Made by a program: the position numbers and the translations under genes. The notes below the pieces were generated by a model. It had not been told where the DNA came from. It made no database searches and worked only from the letters and a program-made list of their open reading frames with translations. From NCBI RefSeq assembly GCF_009914755.1, contig NC_060948.1: a stretch of 64,000 bases of DNA. One strand, 5' to 3'. Below, one piece after another: positions 13,577 to 26,000 of this stretch (positions are counted from its first letter, which is position 1; each line of letters begins with the position of its first letter). The DNA comes from the human T2T-CHM13v2.0 reference genome, Homo sapiens.

Positions 13577-16500
13577 AGGGACTTCTGAGCTCCTTCAGGC
13601 CTGGGGCTGGTGGGAGGTGGGGAACAGGGGTGAAGAAGGGGCTATTGTATGAGATACCACACCTCAGGCGTAAACGCACAAAAGCCCTTGCCCCTCCCAT
13701 GTTTTTCAAAACCTCCAGGATGGCATTCCCAGGGCTACCTGGACCTTCTGAGGAAAGTCCTGGTGATCCTGGGGTTCTGGTGGCATTGAGGCCCAGCCAG
13801 CAGCCAACATGGGCTCCACCCAACAGCAGTCTTGCCAGCTTAAATCCTGCTATGCTGGGGTAGTGAAAAATCCTTGAAGCAGGGCAGAATTTACATGCAT
13901 GTCTGGGTTGGTGGGGGCTTATGCTAATCCACCCTACACAGGCCTTCCTGATGGTTCTCCAGAGGGGTTGGGGGGGAAGTATACAAAAATGAAAGCATTT
14001 TTTTTTTGGCTTTGTCTTTCCCAGGCCACCAGACCCTGCATCACTTGAGACAACAGAACCACAAAATATGCAACATCCACTACTCAGGTTCAGAAAGTGG
14101 AAAGATATTCCTCCCTTTTTCCATCATCATCCATCCATTCAAAGTCAATAACTCAAAATCTCTTAGAAATCTTGCTTCATGCTCAACACATACCCTCTTT
14201 TCTGCTCCATAATGAAAGAAACAATAACCAGAATAAATTTGAAGAATTGAGGGCCATCCACATTCAGGTACGTCACTTTGCCCTCTGTTTCCTGTTTCTG
14301 TTTCTGAAAAAGATGCACTATTTCACTGTGAACAAAAATGTTATGTGCATGAATGTGGTTGTGTAACCCATGCTTCCTTCACAGTGTTGTTCTCTCTCAT
14401 CAGAAAAGCCTTCATTATGCATTGAAGAGGTTTTCCCATTCAGCTTGTGTCCTTAAGCATGGATAGACAGATATTCATGGAACCACCTTCACACCTTTAA
14501 ATGGGCTTTGGTCCCTAGCAACATCTCACAAAATTTCTGCCCAGTATTAAATTAAACAAAATCCCATATTTTTTCTCAAATACAGTTACACTTTCTGTCT
14601 TTGTATTTGCCTATCAATGTTTACATTTCTAGTTCTTAATGGACAACTGAGCACCAAGTGTCTTAATTTGTCTTAGTGCATGTTAGCCTGACACACATCT
14701 TAAACTGAACATTCTTGATACATACAGCTCCCTAAATTGAAATTCAAATTGTCTTGTTCTACCTACTACCAATAACATGATAACATCCACAATCCAGAGC
14801 AACATGGTTTTGAAAAAAAAAAGGAAAACAATTTTGCGAATTAGTAACATTTATAGGGCACCAAATGTTTGATCTGTAATCCATCCATGAATGAGCAGCT
14901 CTGCAAAGAACTGCACTAATGTCTTCATGGTCATTAAGTTTTTAGACCAATCTAATATCGGCACCCCAAATCATCCACACATCAGTCTCCTGCTGCTGAA
15001 TGAAGGCTGTTTCCCTCCACTTTTCTGATTCTATCTCCTCAAAAGTTCAAAAGATGTCTATTTAGGTCCCGTTTGCTCTCTCCAATGCCTAACCGTAGAC
15101 ATTGGCATGGCACTTTAGGCTCATGTTCTCAGTGTGCATCTGTCTTGCTCAGGACTCGTACCCATGTTACAAGGCTGAGCAGACCCTCCTGTACTTGGAA
15201 TAGTTTCAGAAGGAATAGTACCATCTCCTGCTTGTACCTCTGGTAGAATTTGGCTGTGAATCCATCTGGTCCTGGACTTTTTTTGGTTGGTAAGCTATTA
15301 ATTGTTGCCTCAATTTCAGAGCCTGTTATTGGTCTATTCAGAGATTCAACTTCTTCCTTGTTTAGTCTTGGGAGGGTGTATGTAGTATTTTCTGAAGGTA
15401 GTTTGTATTCCTGTGGGATCGGTGGTGATATCCCCTTTATCATTTTTTATTGCATCTATTTGATTTTTCTCTCTTTTCTTACTTATTAGTCTTGTTAGCA
15501 GTCTATCAATTTTGTTGATCTTTTCAAAAAACCAGCTCCTGGATTCATGGATTTTTTGAAGCATTTTTTGTGTCTCTATTTCCTTCAGTTCTGCTTTGAT
15601 CTTAGTTATTTATTGCCTTCTGCTAGCTTTTGAATGTGTTTGCTCTTGCTTCTCTGGTTCTTTTAATTGTGATGTTAGGGTGTCAATTTTAGATCTTTCC
15701 TGCTTTCTCTTGAGGGCATTTAGTGCTATAAATTTGCCTCTACACACTGTTTTGAATGTGTCCCAGAGATTCTGGTATTTTGTGTCATTGTTCTCAATGG
15801 TTTCAAACAACATCTTTATTTCTGCCTTCATTTTGTTTTGTACTCAGTAGTCATTCAGGAGCAGGTTGTTCAGTTTCCATGTAGTTGAGTGGTTTTGAGT
15901 GAGTTTCTTAATCCTGAGTTCTAGTTTGTTTGCACTGTGGTCTGAGAGACAGTTTGTTATAATTTCTGTTCTTTTACATTTGCTGAAGAGTGCTTTACTT
16001 CCAACTATGTGGTCAATTTTGTAATAGGTGTGGTGTGGCGCTGAAAATAATGTATATTTTGTTGATTTGGGGTGGAGAGTTCTGTAGATGTCTATTAGGT
16101 CAGTTAGGTGCAGGGATGAGTTTAATTCCTGGATATCCTTGGTAACTTTCTGTCTCGTTGATCTCATTGTCTAATGCTGACAGTGGGGTGTAAAGTCTCC
16201 CATTATTATTGTGTGGGAGTCTAAGTCTCTTTCTAGGTCTCTAAGGACTTGCTTTATGAGTCTGGGTGCTCCTGTGTTGGGTGCTTATATATTTAGGATA
16301 GTTAGCTCTTCTTGTTGAATTGATCACTTTAGCATTATGTAATGGCCTTCTTTGTCTCCTTTGATCTTTGTTGGTTTAAAGTCTGTTTTATCAGAGACCA
16401 GGATTGCAACCCCTGCCTTTTTTTGTTTTCCATTTGCTTGGTAGATCTTCCTCCGTCCCTTTATTTTGAGCCTATTTGTGTCTCTGCACATGATATGGGT

Positions 16501-16691
16501 TTCCTGAATACAGCACACTGATGGGTCTTGACTCTTTATCCAATTTGCCGTCTGTGTCTTTTAATTGGATCATTTAGTCCATTTACATTTAAGGTTAATA
16601 TTGTTATGTGTGAATTTGATCTGGCCATTATGATGTTAGCTGGTTATTTTGCTCATTAGTTGATGCAGTTTCTTCCTAGCATTGACGGTCT

Positions 16692-17761
16692 TTACAATTT
16701 GGCATGTTTTTGTAGTGGCTGGTACCGGTTGTTCCTTTCGATGTTTAGTGCTTCCTTCAGGAGCTCTTTTAGGGCAGGCCTAGTGGTGACAAAATCTCTC
16801 AGCATTTGCTTGTCTGTAAAGGATTTTATTTCTCCTTCACTTATGAAGCTTAGTTTGGCTGGATATGAAATTCTGGATTGAAAATTCTTTTGTTTGAGAA
16901 TGTTGTTCCCCACTCTCTTCTGGCTTGTAGAGTTTCTGCCAAGCAATCAGCTGTTAGTCTGATGGGCTTCCCTTTGTGGGTAACCCGACCTTTCTTTCTG
17001 GCTGCCCTTAACAATTTTTCCTTCATTTCAACTTTGGTGAATCTGACAATTATGTGTCTTGCAGTTGCTCTTCTCGAGGAGTATCTTTGTGGTGTTCTCT
17101 GTATTTCCTGAATTTGACTATTGGCCTGCCTTGCTAGATTGGGGAAGTTCTCCTGGATAATATCCTGCAGAGTGTTTTCCAACTTGGTTCCATTCTCCCC
17201 ATCACTTTCAGGTACACCAATCAGACGTAGATTTGGTCTTTTCATATAGTGCCATATTTCTTGGAGGCTTTGTTCATTTCTTTTTATTCTTTTTTCTCTA
17301 AACTTCTCTTCTTGCTTCATTTCATTCATTTCATCTTCCATCACTGATACCCTTTCTTCCAGTTGATCGAATCAGCTACTGAGGTTGTACATTCATCACA
17401 TAGTTCTCATGCCATGGTTTTCAGCTCCATCAAGTCCTTTAAGGACTTCTCTGCATTGGTTATTCTAGTTAGCCATTTGTCTAATTTTTTTCAAGGTTTT
17501 TAGCTTCTTGGTCATGGGTTCTAACTTCCTCCTTTAGCTCAGAGTAGTTTGATCGTCTGAAGCCTCCTTCTCTCAACTTGTCCGAGTCATTCTCCATAGC
17601 TCAGAGTAGTTAGATCATCTGAAGCCTCCTTCTCTCAACTTGTCCGAGTCATTCTCCATCCAGCTTTGTTCCATTTCTGGTGACTAACTTCATTCCTTTG
17701 GACAAGGACAGGCGCTCTGATTTTTAGAGTTTCCAGTTTTTCTGCTCTGTTTTTTCCCCAT
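16692..17761 (-). pseudogene. Disrupted L1 ORF1p
   Basis: ATG at 17761, stop at 16692; ORF-track pieces 16850-17344 and 16692-16946 are in different frames; 62-bp duplication near the N-terminus. Confidence 0.9.
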
Positions 17762-18334
17762 CTTTGTTGTTTTATCTACCTTTGGTCTTTGATGATGGTG
17801 ACGTACAGATGGGGGTTTGGTGTGAATATCCTTTCTGTTTGTTAGTTTTCCTTCTAACAGTCAGGACCCTCAGCTGCAAGTCTGTTGGAGTTTGCTGGAG
17901 GTCCATTCCAGACCCTGTTTGCCTGGGTATCAGCAGCAGAGGCTGCAGAACAGCGGATATTGGTGAACAGCAAATGTTGCTGCCTGATCATTCCTCTGGA
18001 AGTTTTGTCTCAGAGGAGTATCCGGCTGTGTGAGGTGTCAGTCTGCCCCTACTTGGGGGTGCCTCCCAGTTAGGCAACTGGGGGGTCAGAGACCCACTTT
18101 AGGAGGCAGTCTGTCTGTTCTCAGATCTCTAGCATCGTGCTGGGAGAACCACTACTCTCTTCCAAGCTGTCAGATGGACATTTAAGTCTGAAGAGACTTC
18201 TGCTGTCTTTTGTTTGGCTATGCCCTGCCCCCAGAGTTGGAGTCTGCAGAGGCATGCAGGCATCTTTGAATGGCAGTGGGCTCCACACAGTTCGAGCTTC
18301 CTGGCAGCTTTGTTTACCTACTCAAGCCTCAGCA

Positions 18335-18598
18335 ATGGTGGGCACCCCTCCCCCAGCCTTGCTGCCACTTTATAGTTTGATCTCATACTACTGTTCTTGC
18401 AGTGAGTGAGGCTCTGTGGGCATAGGATCCTCCGAGTCATGCACGGGATATAATCTCCTGGTGTGCCTTTTGCTAAGACCATTGGAAAAGTGCAGTATTA
18501 GGGCAGGAGTGACCCGACTTTCCAGGTGTCATCTGTCACCCCTTTCTTTGGCTAGGAAAGGGAATTCCCTGACCTCTTGTGCTTCCTGGGTGAGGTGA
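18335..18598 (+). pseudogene. L1 ORF0 remnant (antisense ORF of the primate L1 5' UTR)
   Basis: MVGTPPPALLPLYSLISYYCSCSE*GSVGIGSSES...IRAGVTRLSRC resembles ORF0 (MAGAPPPASLPPCSLISDCC...IRVGVTRFSRC); in-frame TGA at 18407-18409. Confidence 0.75.
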
Positions 18599-18789
18599 TG
18601 CCTCTCCCTGCTTCGTCTCACACTCGGTGCGCTGCACACACTGTCCTGCACCCACTGTCCAACACTCCCCAGTGAGATGAACACAGTACCTCAGTTGGAA
18701 ATGCAAAAATCACCCATCTTCTGTGTCACTCACGCTGGGAGCTGTAGACTGGAGCTGTTCCTATTTGGTCATCTTGGCTCCACCCTGAT

Positions 18790-20615
18790 TAACTTATTCC
18801 TGTGCAAAAAGCTGAAATATCTCTACAATGAAAACTGTAAAATATTGGTGCAAGGAATTGAAGAGGACACAAAAAAATGGAAAGATAGTCTATGCTTAGA
18901 ATTCTCAAGAATCATTATTGTGAAATGTCCATACTATCCAAAGTAATCTACAGATTCAATGCAATCTCTGTTGAAATATCAATTCTATTCTTTGCAGAAA
19001 TAGGAAAAACCATCTTAAAGTTTATGTGGAACTACAAAAGACTCAGAATCCTGAACAAACAGAACAAAAAAGGAAGAATTATATTTACGTGTCTTCAAAT
19101 TATACTTCAGAGGTATAGTAATCAAAGCACGATGTAGTGGCACAAAACCACACACATAGACTGGTGGAACAGAACACAGATCCCAGGAACAAATCCACAG
19201 ACCTATATGTAGTTAACTCATTTTTTTACAAAGGTGCCAAGAACATAAGTTGGTGAAAAGGACAGTCTCTTCAATAACTGGTGTTGCAAAAATTGGATAT
19301 TCATATGCAGAAAAATAAAACTAGACCCTATCTACCACCATATGCAAAAATCAAATCAAAATGGCTCAACCACTTAATTTTAAGCCTTCAAACCATGAAA
19401 CTACTACAAGAAAATATTGGGGAAACTCTCCAGGACAGTGAACTGGGCAAAAATTTCTTGAGTGCTACCCCACGAGCTCAGGCAACCAAAGCAAAATTAG
19501 ACAAATAAGGTCACAGGAAGCTAAAAAGCTTTTGCACAATAAAGGAAAGCAATTAACAGAGTGAAGAAACAACCTGCAGAGTGGGAGAAAACTTTGCCAA
19601 ATATCTGTCTGACATGGGATTAATCACCATAATATATAGGGAAGCTAAACAACTGTATTTTTAAAAATCTAATAATTCAATTTAAAAATTAGCCAAAAAA
19701 ATCTGAATAGACATTTTTGAAAAGAAGACCTATAGGCTTATGAAAAGGTGATCAACATCATTGAACATTAGAGAAATGAAAATCAAAACTACAATGAGAT
19801 ATCATCTCACCCCCATTAAAATAACTTTTGTCCAAATAAGCAGTTACAAAAGGGAACTCTCAAACAATGTTGGTGGAAATGTAAAATAGGATGATCATTA
19901 TAGAGGCCATTTTGGAGGTTTCTACAAAAAACTGAAAATAGATCCAGCAATCCTGCTGCTGGATATATACCCAACAAAAACCAAAACAGTATATGGAAGA
20001 GATATCTGCATTCCCATGTTTGTTGCAACACTGTTCACAATAGGGAATATTTGGAAGCAATCTAAGTGTCAATCAATAGAGGACTGCATAAAGAAAATAT
20101 AAGTATACTCAATGGAGTATAATGCAGCCATGCAAAAGATTGACATCCTATTATTTGCAATAACAGAGTAAACTGTAGTCAAATATGATAATCCCAGAAC
20201 AGAAAGACAAACTTAGCATGTTCTCACTTACTTGAGGGAGCTAAAAATAAAAACAATTAAGCCTACACAGATAGAGAGTAGAAGGATGGGTATGAGAACC
20301 TAGGAAGTGTAGTAGTGCATTGGAGGAGGAAGTGGAGATAGTTAATGGAACAAAAAAATAGTGAAGATCTATTATTTTATAGCATAATGGGATGACTGTA
20401 ATTAATAATAATTTAATTATACATTTAAAAATAGCTATAAGTGTACAAATGGTTTGTTGTAACATAATGTATAAATGCTTGAGGCAATTGATACCTCATT
20501 TACCCAGGTATGATTATTACACTTTGTATGCCTGTATCAAAATAGCCTACATATTCTATAAACATATACCTCTACTATGCACCATGTAAAATTAAAAAAT
20601 TAAAAATTGAAAAAA
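18790..20615 (+). mobile_element. L1MA (about MA1-MA3) ORF2 3' part and 3' UTR
   Basis: tctacaatgaaaactgtaaaatattgg...; terminus gattattacactttgtatgcctgtatcaaaat...aaaattaaaaaattaaaaa. Confidence 0.9.
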
Positions 20616-20619
20616 GAAC

Positions 20620-20916
20620 TCTAATTGCCATATGAGAGTCATCATAGGTGCCCCTGTAGACAGCTCACCTAATCCTCCAGCCAACAGCTGCCATCAACTG
20701 GCCATGTGAGTGTGCCATTTTTGACATCCTTTGGATAACTACGACCCGAGGTGATATCTGACAGCAACCCATCCAAGTCTTTACTATGGTGAAAGAGAAT
20801 TACTACCCTTGGCCCTTCTAACAATTCCTGACCCAGTGAATTGTGAGCAAAATAAGCTGTGTTTTAATATGTGATGTTTGGGGTAATATGTTAGTCAGCA
20901 AATAGTAAGTAAAACA
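20620..20916 (+). mobile_element. MLT1-type MaLR LTR, 3' part
   Basis: ccaacagctgccatcaactggccatgtgagtg...aattcctgacccagtgaattgtgagc...tttggggtaatatgttag. Confidence 0.75.
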
Positions 20917-21107
20917 GATCCCTGGTGTAAAGTAAGTAAAACAGTTGCCCCAGGGTGCAAAGGGGTTGATAATTTGCCCATGGTTTCATACCTAAGGGTT
21001 AGTGCTAAGACTTAAACTTCAATGCTAAATCCAAATTATTTTATCACAGTATCTTCTCAACATCTCTTGATAGTTTCTTTCTATTGAGAACCTTATTTTC
21101 AGACTCA

Positions 21108-21262
21108 GTTGATTTCCAAACCTCTCTGCACATCAGAGTTAACTGTATACAGGTTATGATAGAGATTGCCATTCCAATTCTATAAAGTCAGATTTTAAAG
21201 GCATGAGACCAGGAATCTGCATCCTAAAGTGGCACCCCAGGTGACACTGAGGCAGTCTGTGA
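21108..21262. mobile_element. MER5A-like hAT element
   Basis: tctgcacatcagagt...ccaggaatctgcatcctaaagtggcaccccaggtgac. Confidence 0.6.
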
Positions 21263-22059
21263 AGCTATCAGTAGATCCTACTGCTCAGCCAGGATATTCT
21301 AGACTAATTAGAAGTGACCAGCAAGATTTCCTTTGAAATATTTTCAGCATTGGACAATTACTCAGTTGTGTGCTTATCTGGTTATATTTAGACTTTATGA
21401 GCCCTAACTTCTGCACTATTTTCTTGACCCCTAAAACTAGAAGACAAAAGCTAATGGTATTGTATCTGGCAAAAAAGTGTTTTTTGAGCAACTCAAGTGT
21501 GGCAACACCTTCCTAGATTTTGGGGTCATTGCCTTCTAAGAATGAAGCATTAGGATGAGGACCTAAATGTAAAATCACTTCAGAACATCAAATGACAAGT
21601 GTTTGTGACCATAAGCACAATGGAATGGAAAGAATTATACCCAAATATGCTAAGAAGTATCAGTTTAAATGAGGCCCAGTGGAGGAAATTTTACCTGGGG
21701 CTGGATGTCTAATGAGATCTGAAAAGCAAAAAGATTACTCCAGGTAGAGCCTAGGAGCTTAAGCTCCAAGGGCAGAGAGGAGAAGAAATGTATTCAGTGG
21801 GAAGGGAACAGTTTACACGGTGTAATTTAAGACAGCTTTAGAAGTAGAAGAGAGAGATAAAGCAGACTTGGGAAATGGGGAAAGGCTTGAAGCTGAATTC
21901 AGATTTTTATTTTTTCCATTTCCAAATTCCAGTGTTATTAAAGATCAAGTACTGAACTCTATATTTTATTGAAAATAAAAATAAATTAATAGAATTTTCT
22001 TAGCAGATTATTTAACATTTTCCCCTGCGATATTTTTACAGGAGATACTGTGAAGAATT

Positions 22060-22845
22060 TTTAAAGGAAAAATAATTTGTTTCTGCCATTTTGGAACTTT
22101 AAGAATCCCACCATTTTTAGCTACTAAAATGGCTAAAACATAAAAGTGAGAAAATTCTGAGGGCTGGCAAGGGGAACTCTCATATATGCCTAGTGGAAGT
22201 GAAAAAAAATTGATAAAATTTGTCACACCTGTGGTCCCAGCCACTCACGAGGCTATATTTTTGCACACGTATTTTACATGTCTACATAAATAATATGTGT
22301 AGCCTCCAAATATATGCACATGTGCATAAATATAGATGAAAACATTATTCTTAATGACAAAACCAAAAGTAGCCAAATGTTCTTCAACTGTAGAACAGAT
22401 TATTTAATTTTGGTATAGTCACACAAGGGAATATTCAGCAATGAGCATTAATGAACTACAATCATATACAACAGTAAATAAATTCCATAAACATAATGTT
22501 AGGCAAGAGAAGCCAACCAAAAACAACCTTTATTTTTATAAAATACACAATATATAAAGCCAATCAATGTTGTTAAAAGTTAAGAGTTACAGACATATAA
22601 GTTTACACATAATTAATGCATAGCTTGCTGAGAAACAACATCCATGTAACCAGAACCCAGTTTAGAGATAGAATATCATCACTCTGATAGTGACAGCAAG
22701 GCAATCAGGAATTTCTAGGGAAGTGGTGATTTTCTATTCCTTAAACTGAGTTCTGGTTACATGGATGTTGTTTCTCAGCAAGCTGTGAACTAACTATGTG
22801 TATACTTGTGTGTCTGTATGTTTCACTTCAATAAAAGTGTTAAAA
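22060..22845 (+). mobile_element. Ancient L1ME-like 3' fragments
   Basis: Degenerate L1 3' motifs (ccaaatgttcttcaactgtagaacagat, aatgaactacaatcatatacaaca, ctggttacatggatg). Confidence 0.6.
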
Positions 22846-22869
22846 GTTAATGTAGTTGGGGATAAAACA

Positions 22870-22917
22870 CAATACAATACAATACAGTGCAGTACAGTAC
22901 AGTACAATACAATACAA
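22870..22917. repeat. (CAATA/CAGTA)n pentanucleotide repeat
   Basis: Directly visible tandem units. Confidence 0.9.
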
Positions 22918-23074
22918 GAGAAGGGCCCAAGAAGGGTCTGTTAGACCAGAGTAGGAATCATTGGAATTTTGGCAAAGTTGCCAATAAAATCTGAGGCTAT
23001 GCTGCAGTTTCCAGAATGCTCCACACTCTCCATATTGTATTGTTCTAAAGAACAACTATTAGAAGAGCCTACCA

Positions 23075-26000
23075 GGAGGGACCAAGATGATCAAATAAGA
23101 ACAGGTCTGGTCTGCAGCTCCAAGTGAGGTCAACGCAGAAGGTGGGTGATTTTTGCAATTCAAACTGAGGTAATCAGTTCTTCTAATTGGGACTGTTTAA
23201 GCAGGGAGGCACAGCCCATGGAGGGCAAGCAGAAGCAAGGTGGGGCTTCACTTCATCTAGGAAGTGGAAGCAGCTGAGTACCTCCCTCTCCCAACCAAGG
23301 GAATTCATGAGGGACTGTGCTACCCATATGAGTTACTATGCTCTTCCCACAATTTTTGAAATCTGCAGATCAGGAGATTCCCTTGTATGCCTACATCACC
23401 AGAGCCCTGGGTTTCAAGGACAAAACTGGGTATGGTTTGGGCAGACACTGAGCTAGCTGCAGGAGTTTTTTTAATGCCGCAGTGGTGCCTTGAACCCCAG
23501 TGAGACAAAGCCATTCACTCCCCTGGAAAGGGGGCTGAAGCCATGGAGCCAAGCCGTCTCACTCAATGGATCCCATTCCCACAGGACCCAGTAAGCTATG
23601 AACCACTGGCGTGAAATGCTCACTGCCAGCGCAGCAGTCTGAAGTCTACCTGGGACAATCCAGCTTGGTTCAGGGAGGGGCATCCACCATTACTGAGTAG
23701 GTGGTTTTCCCCTGACAGTGCTAAGGAGGCTGGGAGGTCTAGGCTGGGCCCAGCAAAGCAGCTGTGGCCAGACTGCTTTTCTAGATTCCTCCTCACTGGG
23801 CAGGGCATCTCTGAAGGAAAGGAAATAGCCTCAGTCATGGGATTACAGACAAAACCCACAACTCCTTGGGACAGAGCACCTGGGGGAAGGGCAGCTATGG
23901 GAGCAGCTTCAGCGGATTTAATCATTATTGCCTGCCTGCTCTGAAGAGAGCAGCTGATCCTGACAGAGGGATTTCTCCCAGCACAGTACACCAGCTCTGC
24001 AAAGGGACAGACTGCCTCCTCAAGTGGGTCCCTGACCCCCGTGCCTCCTGACTGGGAGAAACCTCCCAACAGTAGTCGACAGACACCTAATACAGGAGAG
24101 CTCTGACTGGCATCAGGCTGGTGCCCATCTGGGGCACAGCTTCCAGAGGAAGGAATGGGTAGCAATCTTTGCTGTTCTGCAGCCTCTGCTGGTAATACAC
24201 AGGTGAAAAGTGTCTGAAGTGGACCTCCAGCAAACTGCAGTAGACCTGCATAAGAGGGACCTAACTGTTAGAAGAAAAGCTACAAAACAGAAAGCTATAA
24301 TATAAACATCAGCATAAAGGACCCCCACAAGAAAACCCCATCCAAAGGTCATCAGCCTTAAAGATCAAAGATAGATAAGCCATGCAGATGAGGAAAACCC
24401 CACACAAAAACTCTGAAAATTCTGGAAACCAGAATGCCTCTTCTCCTCCAAATGCTTACAACTTCTCTCCAGCAAAGGCACAAAACAGGATGGGGAATGA
24501 GATTGACAAATTGACAAAAGTGGGCTTCAAAAGGTGGGTAATAACAAACACCTCTGAGCTAAGGGAATATGTTTTAACCCAATGCAAGCAAGCTAAGAAC
24601 CTTTATAAATGGTTAGAGGAACTGCTTGCTAGAATGATCAGTTTAGAGAGGAACAAAAATGACCTGATGGACCTGAAAAACACAAGAACTTTGTGAAGCA
24701 TATGCAAGTATCAATAGCCAAATTGATCAAGCAGAAGAAAGGATATTAAAGGCTGAAGACCAACTTACTGAAATAAGGTGTGAGGACAAGATTAGAGAAA
24801 AAAAATGAAAAGTAATGAACAGTCTCCCATTAATATGGGACAATGTGCAAAGACCAAACCTATGAATGATTGGTGTAACTGAAGGTGACAGGGAGGGATA
24901 ATGAAATCAAGTTGGAAAACACACTTCAGGATATTACCCAGAAGAAATTCCCCAACTAGCAAGACAGGCCAGCATGCAAATTCAGGAAATACAGAGAATG
25001 CAACTAGGATACTCTTCAAGACAAGCAACCTCAAGAAACATAATCATCAGATTCTCCAAGGTTAAAAAGAAGAAAAAAGTGTTAAGGGCATCTGAGAGAA
25101 AGGTCAGGTTACCTACAAAAGAAAGCCAGTCAGAATAACAGTGGATCTCTCTGCAGAAACCTACAAGCCAGAATAGATTGGGGGCCAATACGCAACATTC
25201 TTTAAGAGAAGAATTTTCAACCCAGAATTTCATATCCAGCCAAACTAAGCTTCATAAGCAAAAGATAAATAAAATCCTTTCCAGACAAGCAAATGCTGAG
25301 TGATTTTGTCACCACCAGGCCAGGTTTATAAGAGCTCTTGAAGGAAGCACTAAATATGGAAAGGAAAACCTGGTACCAGCCACTGAAAAAATGCAGCAAA
25401 ATATAAAGACCAATGACACCGAAGAAACTGCATCAACTAATGTGCAAAATTACCACCTAGCATTAAGATGACAGGATCAAATTCACACATAACAATACTA
25501 ACAATAAAAGTAAATGGGTTAAATGCCCCAGTTAAAAGACACAGACTGGAAAATTGGATAAAGAGTCAAGACCCATCAGTGTGCTGTATTCAGGAGACCC
25601 ATCAAAAAACCAAGAGTTGCAACCCTAGTCTCTGATAAAACAGACTTTAATCAAACAAAGATAAAAAAAGACAAAGAAGGGCATTACATAATGTTAAAGA
25701 TGTCAGTGCAACAAGAAGAGCTAACTATCCTAAATATATATGCACCCAATACAGGAGCACCTAGATTCATAAACAAGTTTTTAATGAACTACAGAGACTT
25801 AGACTCCCACACAATAATAGTGGGAGACTTTAACATCCCACTGTCAATATTAGATCAACGAGACAGAAAATTAACAAGGATATTCAGGACTTGAACACAG
25901 CTCTAGACCAAGAAGACCTAATCAACATCCACAGAACTCACCAACAGACATCACCAACCAAAAACATCCAGGACCAGATAGATTTACAGACAAATTATTC

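Larger units (their letters stand above)
15195..18785 (-). mobile_element. L1PA (about PA4-PA6): 5' UTR, ORF1 and ORF2 endonuclease/Z region; 3' half missing
   Basis: 5' end ggtggagccaagatgaccaaataggaacagctcc; ORF1 fragments (RPNLRLIGVPESDGENGTKLENTLQDIIQENFPNL); ORF2 fragments ([29 protein letters not shown]); ends abruptly at 15195 with no poly(A). Confidence 0.95.

Noticed and set aside
13368-13863. 151-aa and 105-aa ORFs
   Set aside because: The 151-aa ORF runs well into an Alu and the 105-aa ORF starts in its tail; no recognisable homology or splice context.
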